Below, piece by piece: positions 8,613-18,908 of a stretch of DNA of 64,000 bases. Numbering within the stretch: the first letter of the stretch is position 1; each line of letters begins with the position of its first letter. The notes below the pieces were generated by a model. It did not search any database and was not told the DNA's origin. It was given only the letters and a program-made list of their open reading frames with translations. The DNA lies in contig CADBXE010000002.1 in the NCBI GenBank assembly GCA_902798595.1, positions 166,741-230,740 on the forward strand, written 5' to 3'. Made by a program: the position numbers and the translations under genes. This stretch comes from an uncultured Erysipelotrichaceae bacterium. Lineage in GTDB: Bacteria > Bacillota_I > Bacilli_A > RFN20 > CAG-826.

Positions 8613-9767
8613 TTACTTTCTAATCTTTGCTAAACTTTCTCTAATAGAGACGCCCTTTGGTAAGCGGACACGGATCATTTGTCCTTGGGCAACGAATGAC
8701 AACCAGCCTAAACCTTCAATAGCGATGTCATGCCATTTGTTATCGTTTTCCATAGCGAATTCAAACATATCATAGTCTAAGAAACTAACCAATCTTTCAG
8801 AAACTGGTCTAGCAAAACGACGAATGTTATTTTCGTTGATGGCGTCATCAAGCTTCTTGCATTGAACTTTCTTTGTTTCCACGCCTTCAGCGGCATAGAA
8901 ACGATAGCTACCTGTCTTACCTTTAATAACTTCAAAGGCTGCTAAGGAGCCAACCATAAGGGCTTCACCTGCGCTCATCATACGATTGGTCACCTTAATG
9001 GCTTTCTTTGGAGTAATTTGTCTAATGACATCTTTCTCTAATCTGCCTTGAGCAGATGTTGTTTGAGAAATACCTGGTAATTCATAGAAGAATGATGAAC
9101 GGGATAATGGGATTTCAAGCACACTGACACTAGTACCTGGGTAGGTGATGGTCTTGATTTGACGTGTGGTCTTGTTTTCAAAACCTTTCATGGCTTTGTT
9201 AATAATGGATGTTTTACCAGAGGTAGAATTACCAATCATGTAAACGTCATGACCTTTTCTGGCGGTATTCATTGCTTCAATCAAACCTTTTGAATCATCA
9301 GTTGGATTCGCTTTGTTGTTGGAACCATATAATTTGACACTCTTTGGTTTGATGCCATATTCGTTAAATCTTTCAGTTAAGTAGGCTACTAAGGAATCGT
9401 CTTTCATGTTGATTGGGAATAAGTCGCGCTTTGTGCCCACAACTGTAAGATTAAGTTTCTTAACTTTCTTAGCGATTTCGCTATTCAATTGGCCATTAAA
9501 TGAGAACAAATCGACAACCCAAATAATGTATGCATCTGTAGCGCATGCATCATCAAGTATTTTTAATACTTCTTTGTCTACTTCTTGTTCAAGTTCGCTG
9601 TTGTTAAAAGCCTTCATTGTCTCAAAACATTTATCACAGTAAATGATTTGGATTGGCGTGGCACGGTGTAATGATTCAGGAATGATATAACCCTTTTCAT
9701 CCTCATTTTCGCATTGCAAAATGGCACCGCAGTGATAACAACGTAATACTCTATTGCTCTTGCCCAT
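8613..9767 (-). CDS. yqeH: Ribosome-biogenesis circularly permuted GTPase YqeH (divergent)
   Basis: CYHCG..Q/CDKC zinc finger, TKRDL, GNSTSGKTS, PGTS; yqeG-yqeH synteny. Confidence 0.88.
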   Translation of the reverse strand: MGKSNRVLRCYHCGAILQCENEDEKGYIIPESLHRATPIQIIYCDKCFETMKAFNNSELEQEVDKEVLKILDDACATDAYIIWVVDLFSFNGQLNSEIAKKVKKLNLTVVGTKRDLFPINMKDDSLVAYLTERFNEYGIKPKSVKLYGSNNKANPTDDSKGLIEAMNTARKGHDVYMIGNSTSGKTSIINKAMKGFENKTTRQIKTITYPGTSVSVLEIPLSRSSFFYELPGISQTTSAQGRLEKDVIRQITPKKAIKVTNRMMSAGEALMVGSLAAFEVIKGKTGSYRFYAAEGVETKKVQCKKLDDAINENNIRRFARPVSERLVSFLDYDMFEFAMENDNKWHDIAIEGLGWLSFVAQGQMIRVRLPKGVSIRESLAKIRK

Positions 9768-10287
9768 ATTTTGTCCTCCAATCTGGCATTTTGCCTTTTT
9801 TAACTAGATGTCTTCGAATCGGTCTATCTAATAGACGATTGAAATGTGTGGTGAATTGATCTTCTTTGACAACCTTCTCGGTCAACACGACACGGATATG
9901 TGCGCCTTTGGCAGCGAGAACATCAGTCATAAGTTGATCGCCAACAAGCATGGTTTCTTCTGGCTTGTAATCATTTTCCTTAAGGAACTTTTTAATTTTC
10001 CCTGAAAAAGGCTTACGCGCAGAATTGATACAAGGGCAATTGGCTGCGGCGGCGTATGTTCTCACACGCTTCCCACGATTGTTAGAAACAATAATGACCT
10101 TGAGACCACTTTCTTTAAGAGCGTTAAGTTGCTTAACAGCTCTTTCTGTTGGCAGAGATAAACGATAACTGTCCAACGTATTGTCCAAGTCTATTAAAAG
10201 GACACTAACGCCTTGTTTCTTGAAGAAATCTACTGGGATTTCAAATATTGATTGAGCGTGTGCGAAGGGAATGAATTTGTTGAACAT
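9751..10287 (-). CDS. yqeG: YqeG family HAD IIIA phosphatase
   Basis: DLDNTL, VSNN, ARKP, VGDQLMTDV. Confidence 0.92.
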   Translation of the reverse strand: MFNKFIPFAHAQSIFEIPVDFFKKQGVSVLLIDLDNTLDSYRLSLPTERAVKQLNALKESGLKVIIVSNNRGKRVRTYAAAANCPCINSARKPFSGKIKKFLKENDYKPEETMLVGDQLMTDVLAAKGAHIRVVLTEKVVKEDQFTTHFNRLLDRPIRRHLVKKGKMPDWRTKYGQEQ

Positions 10288-10379
10288 ATTTATCTACATA
10301 TAAATAATAACCGATTTTCTTCCTTAATGTGAGAACTATTAAATAATTCTCACAAGCAATAAGCCGTTTCTGTCACATT

Positions 10380-10404
10380 AAAAAAGCCTCTTCTCGAGGC
10401 TCTT
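10380..10404 (-). terminator. Terminator after parC
   Basis: AGCCTC...GAGGCT hairpin with a U-tract on the minus strand. Confidence 0.75.
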
Positions 10405-10479
10405 ATCTTGTTAATTGCTTTGATATATAACAAAGTTATATTCTTTACTAGTTTATTACTAGATATCTACTTTATTGAA

Positions 10480-13110
10480 TTACTCGTCCAAATCGTCAAA
10501 AATAGAGATTTGTTCAAAGCCTTCTTTTTCTTCCTTTTCTTCTGGAACGTTGATTTCTTCCTGGATTTCATCCTCAGAATCATTTTCCATAACAGGTCTT
10601 TCTTTTTCCTTGATGGTAATTGGGTGAGAAACAGTCTTCTTATTAATGATTTCAATATTAGTGTCTATGACACTATCAACTGTTGTCTTGCTTGGAATAT
10701 CAATATTCTTCTTTGCATATTTAGCAAGATCAGTGAGATAGAAATCAGTTAATTCGAACTCAAAGTATTCATTCGTAGACATGAAGAGATTTATTTCCAA
10801 TAAATCTGACTTATTCACCAACTTAAAGGCACTGACAACGTGATGTACGTCGCTCTTGAAACACGGCATAACTGTTTGGACCTTGCCCAATCTAGCGGTT
10901 AGATTTACGTGTGCATTATCGAAAATTCGATAATGGCCTTTATCGGTGAATAGGATGACTTTATTCTTTTCTTCTTCATCAAAAGCGATTAACGCTACTG
11001 CGTTATTCTTGCCTAAGCCAGCGACGGATTTCACACCACCAGCTTTGCTAGAAAGAACAGATAATTCGTTTTCATTGAAGTATGTAACATTGCCATTACT
11101 TGTTATTACAAGTAAGTTACTATTTCCGCTTAAGATTTGGATATCGCTTACTTCATCACCGTTGAGAAGTCTCATATTGCGTATAGGACGCGTGCGTTTT
11201 CCTTTTTCTATCATACTTAAAGGCATACGTTTAATTTGTCCAAATTTGGTCAAAACACCGAGATAAATATCATCTCTGAAGTCACTAACAGCAATGCCTT
11301 TGATGATTTTTTCACCTTGATTTAAGGTTGAGAAGGTATTGATATGGTCACCTTCATCTTTCCATCTGTTCTCTGGCAATTTGTGGACTGGAATACAAAT
11401 ATAGTTACCTTGATTTGTAAAACAAATCAGATAATCGGTTGTATTAATCAAACCTTGAGCTATTAATTCATCTCCGTCCTTTAAACCTGGAAGAGGATTA
11501 TCGCCGCTGCTGCGATATGACTTGAGTGTAGATCTCTTCACATAACCATCGCGTGTAAGAGCCACCATCACATCGTCTTTAGCGATTAATTCACGTTTAT
11601 CAATCGGGGCAATTTCTTCTTTTTCTTGAATTGCCGTCCTTCTATCATCGCCATACTTGTCCGCGATAGCTTTTAGTTCACGAACTAAAACACGGTTAAG
11701 TTTGCTCTCATCTTCAAGTATTCCTTTAAGTGTTTCAATGTCTTTAAGGAGCTGCACTTTTTCATTTTCTAAAGTAACTTCATCGGTGTGAGATAACTTA
11801 TATAATGGCATGGTCACAATAGCTTCTGCTTGTTCATTAGAAAATCCATAACGGGCCATTAAGTTGACTTTAGAATCCGCTTTATCTTTACTCTTTTTGA
11901 TGATTTCCACGACCTCATTAATGTTTAAGGAAGCTTGAATTAATCCTTCAACAATATGGAGTCTAGCTTGGAATTTTTCTAGATCAAATCTGCTTCTTCT
12001 TGTTACAACATCAACTTGGTGAGCGATGTAAGCATCAACATAAGTTAAAAGATTTAATGTCTTTGGTCTACCATCAACAATAGCCACCATATTAGTGCTA
12101 TAAGATGAAACGAGACCAGTTTTATTATTTAAGTATTGTAAAAGCAAATCAACTTTTGCATCTTTTTTGCAATCGATGACGATTCTAATACCTTTCCAGT
12201 CAGATTCATCACGGACTTCTAAAAGACCATCAACTGCTTTGCTGTGGATAATCTTATCAATTTCAAAAACCAATTGATTCTTTTGAGTTTTATATGGAAT
12301 TTCAGTAATGACAATCTGTTGATTGTCTTTGTTTTGTACAATCTCTTCTTTACTGGCGATTTCAATACGTCCACGACCAGTTAAATAGATACTTTTAAGA
12401 CCTTCGCTTTCATAGATGATACCGCCACCTGGGAAGTCTGGGCCTAAGACAAATTGCATTAAGTCTTCGATAGTTGCGGTCTTATGACCAATGCGATAAA
12501 TAACTGCATCAATAATCTCTTTGAGATTATGCGGTGGGATTTCTGTCGCCATACCAACAGCGATACCTTCTGTACCATTAACGAATAAATTAGGGAATCT
12601 AGCAGGTAAAATAGTTGGCTCAAATTCGGTATCATCGAAGTTAAGTTGCATATCAACTGTTTTCTTATCGATTTCACGAACAAGTTCATTAGAAATCTCG
12701 CTTAAACGAGATTCAGTATAACGATAAGCCGCTGGGGAGTCGCCATCGATAGAACCGTTATTGCCTTGGAAGTCAATTAAAGGATATCTAATCTTCCAAT
12801 CTTGGCTCATTCTTGCTAAGGCTTCATAAATGGATGTATCACCATGTGGGTGGAATGTACCCATAACCGCACCAACGGTATGAGCGCACTTTCTAGTAGG
12901 TTTATTAAAAACATTGTTGTTTTTAAACATTGTGAAAATAATACGTCTTTGAACCGGCTTTAAACCATCTCTAACATCTGGAATAGCACGATCTTGAATA
13001 ACGTATTTAGCGTAAGTTGCGTAACGGTCGCCCATCACGTCTTCCATCGGTTGTACGGAGATGTTTTCAACGTAATTTTCTTCGACTAAATCAATCTTTT
13101 TTCTAGCCAT
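10480..13110 (-). CDS. parC: DNA topoisomerase IV subunit A
   Basis: [36 protein letters not shown]; plsY-parE-parC synteny. Confidence 0.93.
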   Translation of the reverse strand: MARKKIDLVEENYVENISVQPMEDVMGDRYATYAKYVIQDRAIPDVRDGLKPVQRRIIFTMFKNNNVFNKPTRKCAHTVGAVMGTFHPHGDTSIYEALARMSQDWKIRYPLIDFQGNNGSIDGDSPAAYRYTESRLSEISNELVREIDKKTVDMQLNFDDTEFEPTILPARFPNLFVNGTEGIAVGMATEIPPHNLKEIIDAVIYRIGHKTATIEDLMQFVLGPDFPGGGIIYESEGLKSIYLTGRGRIEIASKEEIVQNKDNQQIVITEIPYKTQKNQLVFEIDKIIHSKAVDGLLEVRDESDWKGIRIVIDCKKDAKVDLLLQYLNNKTGLVSSYSTNMVAIVDGRPKTLNLLTYVDAYIAHQVDVVTRRSRFDLEKFQARLHIVEGLIQASLNINEVVEIIKKSKDKADSKVNLMARYGFSNEQAEAIVTMPLYKLSHTDEVTLENEKVQLLKDIETLKGILEDESKLNRVLVRELKAIADKYGDDRRTAIQEKEEIAPIDKRELIAKDDVMVALTRDGYVKRSTLKSYRSSGDNPLPGLKDGDELIAQGLINTTDYLICFTNQGNYICIPVHKLPENRWKDEGDHINTFSTLNQGEKIIKGIAVSDFRDDIYLGVLTKFGQIKRMPLSMIEKGKRTRPIRNMRLLNGDEVSDIQILSGNSNLLVITSNGNVTYFNENELSVLSSKAGGVKSVAGLGKNNAVALIAFDEEEKNKVILFTDKGHYRIFDNAHVNLTARLGKVQTVMPCFKSDVHHVVSAFKLVNKSDLLEINLFMSTNEYFEFELTDFYLTDLAKYAKKNIDIPSKTTVDSVIDTNIEIINKKTVSHPITIKEKERPVMENDSEDEIQEEINVPEEKEEKEGFEQISIFDDLDE

Positions 13111-13113
13111 AGA

Positions 13114-15057
13114 TTACTTGACCTCCTTGATGAAAGTATCGACTTTATTGAAATCAACGTTCTCTTCAACCCACGCTCTTCTAATGCCAGCGTCACGGCC
13201 CATTAAAACGGTAACTCTCTTTTCTGCTAAGAATGGATCATCGATTTCGACACGGACTAATAATCTAGTCTTTGGATCCATTGTGGTTTCTTTTAATTGG
13301 ATAGCGTCCATTTCACCAAGACCTTTATATCTGGAGACCTTGTAACCGCCACCAACTTTCTTTTTGGCTTGTTCCAAGCCATCATCATCCCAAGCATATT
13401 CTTGGATGACCTTTTTGCCATCTTCTTTATAGACACGATAAAGAGGTGGAACAGCAATATAAACATGACCAGATGTGATTAATTGACGCATATAATGGTA
13501 GAAGAACGTTAATAATAACGTTTGGATGTGCGCACCATCAGTATCAGCATCGGTCATGATGATGATTTTGCCATATTTAATATCGTCTAAATCGAAGTTT
13601 TGACCAAAACCCGCACCAATGGTATTAATAATGGTTGCGATTTCTTCGTTATGTACTAATTTTTCCATAGAAATGGAGTCTGTGTTAAGTGGTTTACCAC
13701 GTAGTGGTAAGATTGCTTGGTGGAGTCTATCTCTACCTTTCTTAGCGGTACCACCAGCGGAATCACCTTCAACGATAAATAATTCGTTTTTGGCGTATTC
13801 TTTGCTTTGTGCTGGGGTTAATTTATCACTTAAAATGACTTCTTGCTTTGGTTTTTTGTTGTTTCTCGCTTCTTCTTTAGCTTTTCTAGCGGCTAATCTC
13901 GCATTTTGAGACGCAACACACTTATTGATGAAGTTGATTGTGAATTCTTTGTTTTCTAAAAGATAATAAGTAAACTTATTATAAATAAAGTTAGAGACTA
14001 CAGAAGCTGCTTGTGGAGTGCCTAATTTGCCTTTGGTTTGGCCTTCAAATTCAAGCAAAGCTTCTGGAATTTTTAAGGATACAACAGCAGTTAAACCCTC
14101 TCTAATATCACTACCTTCGAGCTTTTTGCCCTTGGTTAATTTGTATTGTTCAGCGAAATCGTTAACAGCTTTAGCGATACCAGTTCTAAAACCAGTTTCA
14201 TGTGTACCACCATCTCTTGTTCTTACGTTATTAACGTAAGAGTAGATTGTTTCGTTGTAATCTTCGCTGCAGTATTGTAAAGCGATCTCAATGTCGATTT
14301 GTGTTTCTTCATCGGTATCCGCAAAGCTGATCACAGGTGACATTGGTTGTTTATTGATATTGACGTTATTGATGTATTCCACTAAGCCGTTTTCATACAA
14401 AAAGTTCTGAACTTGTCCGGTCTTTTCATCAGTTAAGACAAATTCCACGCCTTTCATTAAGAAGGCACTTTCTTGTAAGTGGCTAGCGATTGTGTCCCAT
14501 TTGAATTCAACGGTTGAGAAAATAGTTGCGTCTGGTTTAAATCTCACTAAAGTACCGTGTTTCTTACATGTGCCTACAACTTCAAGAGGAACGGCAAGAT
14601 TACCACCATTTTCGAATTTTAGGTGATAAATATTGCCTTCTTGATAGACATTAATGTCTATCCATTCACTTAAAGCATTAGTAACAGAAGCACCAACACC
14701 ATGTAAACCAGCAGCAGATTTATAAACAGCATTGTTAAATTTGCCACCTGCGTGGAGTTCAGTAAAAACAACTTCGACTGCTGGTCGACCAGTTTCTTTA
14801 TTGATACCCACAGGAATGCCACGACCTTCATCAAGGACACTAATGGAACCGTCTTTATGCATGGTGACGCAAATTTTCTTACCATAACCAGATAAGGCTT
14901 CGTCCACTGCATTATCGACAACTTCCCAGACTAGGTGATGGAGGCCAGCACTATTGGTTGAACCAATGTACATAGCAGGTCTTTTGCGGACACCTTCAAG
15001 GCCCTTCATCACATGAATATCATCAGCTGTATATGTTGTTTTTTTGATATCAGACAC
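13114..15057 (-). CDS. parE: DNA topoisomerase IV subunit B
   Basis: VRKRPAMYIGST, EVVDNAVDE, VEGDSAGG, PLRGK, MTDADTDG. Start is probably GTG 15057; the ORF is open to 15075. Confidence 0.93.
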   Translation of the reverse strand: MSDIKKTTYTADDIHVMKGLEGVRKRPAMYIGSTNSAGLHHLVWEVVDNAVDEALSGYGKKICVTMHKDGSISVLDEGRGIPVGINKETGRPAVEVVFTELHAGGKFNNAVYKSAAGLHGVGASVTNALSEWIDINVYQEGNIYHLKFENGGNLAVPLEVVGTCKKHGTLVRFKPDATIFSTVEFKWDTIASHLQESAFLMKGVEFVLTDEKTGQVQNFLYENGLVEYINNVNINKQPMSPVISFADTDEETQIDIEIALQYCSEDYNETIYSYVNNVRTRDGGTHETGFRTGIAKAVNDFAEQYKLTKGKKLEGSDIREGLTAVVSLKIPEALLEFEGQTKGKLGTPQAASVVSNFIYNKFTYYLLENKEFTINFINKCVASQNARLAARKAKEEARNNKKPKQEVILSDKLTPAQSKEYAKNELFIVEGDSAGGTAKKGRDRLHQAILPLRGKPLNTDSISMEKLVHNEEIATIINTIGAGFGQNFDLDDIKYGKIIIMTDADTDGAHIQTLLLTFFYHYMRQLITSGHVYIAVPPLYRVYKEDGKKVIQEYAWDDDGLEQAKKKVGGGYKVSRYKGLGEMDAIQLKETTMDPKTRLLVRVEIDDPFLAEKRVTVLMGRDAGIRRAWVEENVDFNKVDTFIKEVK

Positions 15058-15153
15058 TATATTTTCCCTTTGCAAGACTTAATTATATACAAATTAAGTT
15101 GCAAATATAAAGCAATTTTGTAGAATATAAAGGTGCGATTTGGAGGTACAAAA

Positions 15154-15933
15154 ATGAATATATTTGTAAATATATTGGTGCCAATCATTTGTTTGCTAAT
15201 TGGTTACCTTATGGGAAGCGCAAACATCTCAATTCCATTAGGAAAAATGGTCTTTAAACAAGATCCACGTGACTACGGATCGCATAATCCAGGCGCTACC
15301 AACTGTGGTCGCTTGTGGGGCAAAAAATACTTCCTTATCGTTTTCTTCTTCGATGTATTTAAAACAATCTCACCACTTTATATCTGTTGGGCGATTTTGA
15401 CATTCGTTCCACTTAATAATGGTTTACCATTATTACCAAACGCTTCCGCTATGTATGCTGGTAACGTTGATGGCTACATGATTCAATGGCCAGTCTATTG
15501 GGTCGCTGTTATCGGTGCTATGTTTGGTGGTATTTATCCATGTTTCATTGGATTTAAAGGTGGTAAAGCTGCCTCTTGTATGGTAGGAATTACCTTGACT
15601 ACATCTTGGCTTTTTGGTGTGATTGGTGCTCTTTCTTATTACATCACATTGAAGAAATCTGGCTATGTCTCATTAGCCTCCATCATCACTTCTATTCTCA
15701 ATGCAATTGTGACTTGGATCTGGGCAATTCTCTTATTGCTCAAGGTCATTCCAGTCGGTACTTATTGGCAATTCTTTGTTAACTGGGGACCAATGCTTTA
15801 CTGCAATTTCGTCTACGCTATCTTGATGACAATTATCAGTGTAGTTTTGACCATCAGACACCGAACAAACATCGGAAGAATTAAGAACGGAACCGAAAGA
15901 AAAATTACTTGGATGAAAGTACAAAGCAAGTAA
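15154..15933 (+). CDS. plsY: Glycerol-3-phosphate acyltransferase PlsY
   Basis: GYLMGS, GSHNPGATN, FKGGKAA, IRHRTNIGRIKNGTE; GGAGG SD before ATG 15154. Confidence 0.92.
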   Translation: MNIFVNILVPIICLLIGYLMGSANISIPLGKMVFKQDPRDYGSHNPGATNCGRLWGKKYFLIVFFFDVFKTISPLYICWAILTFVPLNNGLPLLPNASAMYAGNVDGYMIQWPVYWVAVIGAMFGGIYPCFIGFKGGKAASCMVGITLTTSWLFGVIGALSYYITLKKSGYVSLASIITSILNAIVTWIWAILLLLKVIPVGTYWQFFVNWGPMLYCNFVYAILMTIISVVLTIRHRTNIGRIKNGTERKITWMKVQSK

Positions 15934-15969
15934 TTAACTAGTAGACTTAATAACTATGTTATTATAGAC

Positions 15970-16000
15970 AAAAGCACTCGGTTAGGAGTGCTTTATTTTT
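15970..16000 (+). terminator. Terminator after plsY
   Basis: AAAGCACTC-ggttag-GAGTGCTTT followed by a T-tract. Confidence 0.75.
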
Positions 16001-16113
16001 TATGCTGCTTTAGCTCCTATTAAATTTATAAATATAGGAATAATACGGAAGGTCTCTTTATCGATTCTAGGCAACAAAAAAGCGCTCGTTGGAGCGCTAT
16101 TTGTTTCGTTCAA

Positions 16114-16338
16114 TTATTTTCCTTGATTCATGTTTCTCATGATTTCACGGATTTGTTTTTCGCTTGGTGTACGACCCATGCTTCTGAACATAGCGCGAAT
16201 CATTTTCTCATTCATAGGAGGATTTTCTCTGAGTTGCTTTTGGAAGATGTAACGAGTTACAAAGAAGCCTGCAACTGCACCACCAATAATCGCTAAGACA
16301 ATCCAGAGAATGAATTGCCAGATTTGGATTTCGAACAT
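16114..16338 (-). CDS. yneF: YneF family small membrane protein
   Basis: TM helix followed by ENPPMNEKMIRAM..MGRTPSEKQI. Confidence 0.9.
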   Translation of the reverse strand: MFEIQIWQFILWIVLAIIGGAVAGFFVTRYIFQKQLRENPPMNEKMIRAMFRSMGRTPSEKQIREIMRNMNQGK

Positions 16339-16353
16339 ATCTCAATCCACCTA

Positions 16354-16891
16354 TTAGGCTCTACCGTCGTATTCGCCGTTGTCTGTGCGAACAAGAACTT
16401 CTTCGCCTTCTTCAATGAATAATGGAACTCTGACAACTAAGCCTGTTTCTAATGTAGCTGGCTTTGTTGGTTTGTTGACTGTGTCACCTCTGACGCCTGG
16501 ATCACATTGTGTAATCTTTAATGTGACTTTAGCTGGTAAGTTAACACCAAGGATTTCGCCATCATAGGAAGTGATTTCCACGACTTCGTCGCCTTTTAAG
16601 AATTGTTTTTCCCATTGGAGACGTTCAGCTGGGATTTCAACTTGTTCATAAGTTTCTTGATCCATGAAGACAAAGAAATCACCGCTGTCATAGAGATATT
16701 GCATTTGTCTCTTGTCTAAACGAACGTTTTCAACCATGTAACCAGAGTTACGAGCTAATTCGTTGATTGTGCCTGTACGGACGTTTTTAACTTTGACCTT
16801 AGCAACCATCTTTCTCATCGCAGTTTTATTTAATAAAATATCTAAAACTTGGTATAAATTGTTTTGGTCTTAATTCTGTAACATTAACCAT
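16354..16891 (-). pseudogene. efp: Elongation factor P, frameshifted as assembled (about 20-nt deletion near 16864)
   Basis: SD and ATG 16891 give MVNVTELRP; another frame continues NNLYQVLDILLNKTAMRKMVAKVKVKNVRTG...PGVRGDT...VPLFIEEGE. Total length is 538 nt, against 558 nt for a 185-aa EF-P. Confidence 0.85.
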
Positions 16892-16944
16892 ATAATTTAT
16901 CTTTCCTTTCAATAAATTTCCTTGAATATTATATCAAATATTCA

Positions 16945-17577
16945 TTATTTGACAAATGGATTTACTCTTCGCTCAATTTCAAGCGTTGAGGAAGGACCAT
17001 GTCCTCCGTAGATTTTTGTTTTATCAGGTAAGGCTAATACTTTAGCCATAGAGTTTCTTAATCCTTTCGGCATTGCACTTGGCAAATCACTGCGGCCTAT
17101 TCCGTGCATGATGATAAAATCACCAGTAAATAAGACCCCACTTTCTTTTAAGTAAAAACAAACTGAACCAGCAGTGTGATATGGAACGGTGATGACCTTA
17201 ATATCTTCACTTAAAAAGTGAAGAAATTCATTATCCGCTAATGTAATGGCCTTGCTTTTAACAACGACATGTTCACCTAAAAAATCAGAACAATTTGCGT
17301 AGGTATCAGTTAGCTTATCTTCATCATCAAAGCCGATATAAAGAGGCGCTTTAAAAGCATTCACTAAAGTATCCACTCCACGCATGTGATCAACATGTCC
17401 ATGGGTTAACAAGACTGCTTTGAGTTTGAGGTTGTTTTTCTTTATATAATTAACGATTCCGGGATAATCTTTTGCAGGATCAATGACAACACAGTTGTTT
17501 TCTGAGTCACTTAAAAGATACGTATTCGCATACAATTCATCAACCATTTCATAAATGAAAGGTACAACATTAATCAT
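16945..17577 (-). CDS. MBL-fold metallo-hydrolase (YqgX/glyoxalase II-like)
   Basis: THGHVDH, HTAGS, FTGD, GRSDL, GHG; start position uncertain. Confidence 0.88.
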   Translation of the reverse strand: MINVVPFIYEMVDELYANTYLLSDSENNCVVIDPAKDYPGIVNYIKKNNLKLKAVLLTHGHVDHMRGVDTLVNAFKAPLYIGFDDEDKLTDTYANCSDFLGEHVVVKSKAITLADNEFLHFLSEDIKVITVPYHTAGSVCFYLKESGVLFTGDFIIMHGIGRSDLPSAMPKGLRNSMAKVLALPDKTKIYGGHGPSSTLEIERRVNPFVK

Positions 17578-17583
17578 AAGCAC

Positions 17584-17606
17584 AAAAAAATAGGCGCAAG
17601 CCTATT
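17584..17606 (-). terminator. Terminator after rpmG
   Basis: AATAGGC-ttgc-GCCTATT followed by a U-run on the minus strand. Confidence 0.75.
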
Positions 17607-17761
17607 ATTTCTTTTTCTCACGATGGAGAGTAACTTTTTTGCAACGTGGGCAATACTTCTTTAATTCTAAACGATCAGCGTGTTTCTTTTTATTTTTAAT
17701 TTTCCTCGCCACATTCTGTGCATTTAAGTGTTAATGAGATTCTATCATCTTTGCTTGCCAT
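17605..17761 (-). pseudogene. rpmG: 50S ribosomal protein L33 (zinc-binding type), frameshifted as assembled (about 11-nt deletion near 17698)
   Basis: Absent from the ORF track. MASKDDRISLTLKCTECGEEN* in one frame, then KNKKKHADRLELKKYCPRCKKVTLHREKKK* in the +1 frame; GAAGGAG SD. Confidence 0.88.
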
Positions 17762-17858
17762 TTGATTTTCTCCTTCAAAGTCGCTTAAATATCTTACCAC
17801 AGGTAAAATATAATGCAAATATATTTTTTACTAATAAACTAGGTTATAATAGCAGCAT

Positions 17859-18908
17859 ATGAAACGAACAGAAACCAAACAAGTTAAAATTGGTCGTCTT
17901 ACAATAGGCGGACAAAATAAAGTTTTAATCCAATCGATGTGCAAGCACAAGACCTCTCATATCGATGAAGTAGTAAAAGAAATCAATGAATGCGAAGCAT
18001 TAGGCGCAGATTTAATGCGCTTATCAGTCTTAGATGAAGAAGACGCTCAAGCATTTAAAGAAATCAAAAAACAAGTGAAGATTCCTCTTATCGCAGACAT
18101 CCACTTCAATCCAGATTTTGCCATAACGGCAATTAAAAATGGAGTGAATAAGATAAGACTTAACCCAGGTAACATTAACGATGAGACAAAGATTAAGGAA
18201 ATTGTTGAGCTCGCTAAAAAGAAAAACGTTGCCATTCGAGTGGGTGCTAATTCTGGATCAGTAAACCCAGATGTTGATAAATTTGACATCCCTTTATCTC
18301 ATAAATTAGTGTTTTCTGTTAAAAAGCATGTCGAAATATTAGAAAAATACGATTTCCATAACATCGTCATCTCTTTGAAAGCCAGCAATGTGAAAGAAAC
18401 AATTGATGCTTATCGAATTGCTAGTGAATTATTCCCGTATCCACTGCACATCGGTCTGACCGAAGCGGGTCCTTTAGATATTTCTCTAATAAGAAGCACC
18501 GCTGCTTTATCACCTCTTCTTTTAGAAGGTATCGGAGATACAATCAGAATTTCCATTACCGGTAGAGCGCAAGATGAAGTTATCGCTGCAAAACGCTTAT
18601 TGCATGACTGTGGTTTATACGATAATTATCCTACATTAGTGTCATGTCCAACATGCGGAAGAACACAAGTTAATGTGCAAGAATTAGGCAAAAAGGTATT
18701 CAAATACTTAGAAGATAACAGTATCAATCTTCATGTTGCTTGCATGGGTTGTGTTGTTAATGGCCCAGGCGAAGCTAAAGGCGCGGATATTGGCATTGCG
18801 GGTGGCAAAGGCCAATATGTCATCTTTAAGAAAGGTGTCGTCATAAAAAAAGTGTCAGAAGCCGAAGCCTATGACGCTTTAATAGAAGAAATTAATAAAT
18901 TACGCTAG
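17859..18908 (+). CDS. ispG: (E)-4-hydroxy-3-methylbut-2-enyl-diphosphate synthase
   Basis: IQSM, IADIHF, RLNPGNI, HIGLTEAG, GIGDTIRIS, SCPTCGR, MGCVVNGPGE. Confidence 0.96.
   Translation: MKRTETKQVKIGRLTIGGQNKVLIQSMCKHKTSHIDEVVKEINECEALGADLMRLSVLDEEDAQAFKEIKKQVKIPLIADIHFNPDFAITAIKNGVNKIRLNPGNINDETKIKEIVELAKKKNVAIRVGANSGSVNPDVDKFDIPLSHKLVFSVKKHVEILEKYDFHNIVISLKASNVKETIDAYRIASELFPYPLHIGLTEAGPLDISLIRSTAALSPLLLEGIGDTIRISITGRAQDEVIAAKRLLHDCGLYDNYPTLVSCPTCGRTQVNVQELGKKVFKYLEDNSINLHVACMGCVVNGPGEAKGADIGIAGGKGQYVIFKKGVVIKKVSEAEAYDALIEEINKLR

Noticed and set aside
12825-12850. ParC GDTS (Thr at the Ser80-equivalent position) as quinolone resistance
   Set aside because: Thr occurs naturally at this position in wild-type type II topoisomerases of several species; it is not evidence of resistance.
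16855-17705. Programmed +1 frameshifting in efp (CCA-AAA-C) or rpmG (AAT-TAA)
   Set aside because: A slip would restore the frame but not the about 7 and about 4 conserved codons that are missing; deletion or assembly error fits better.
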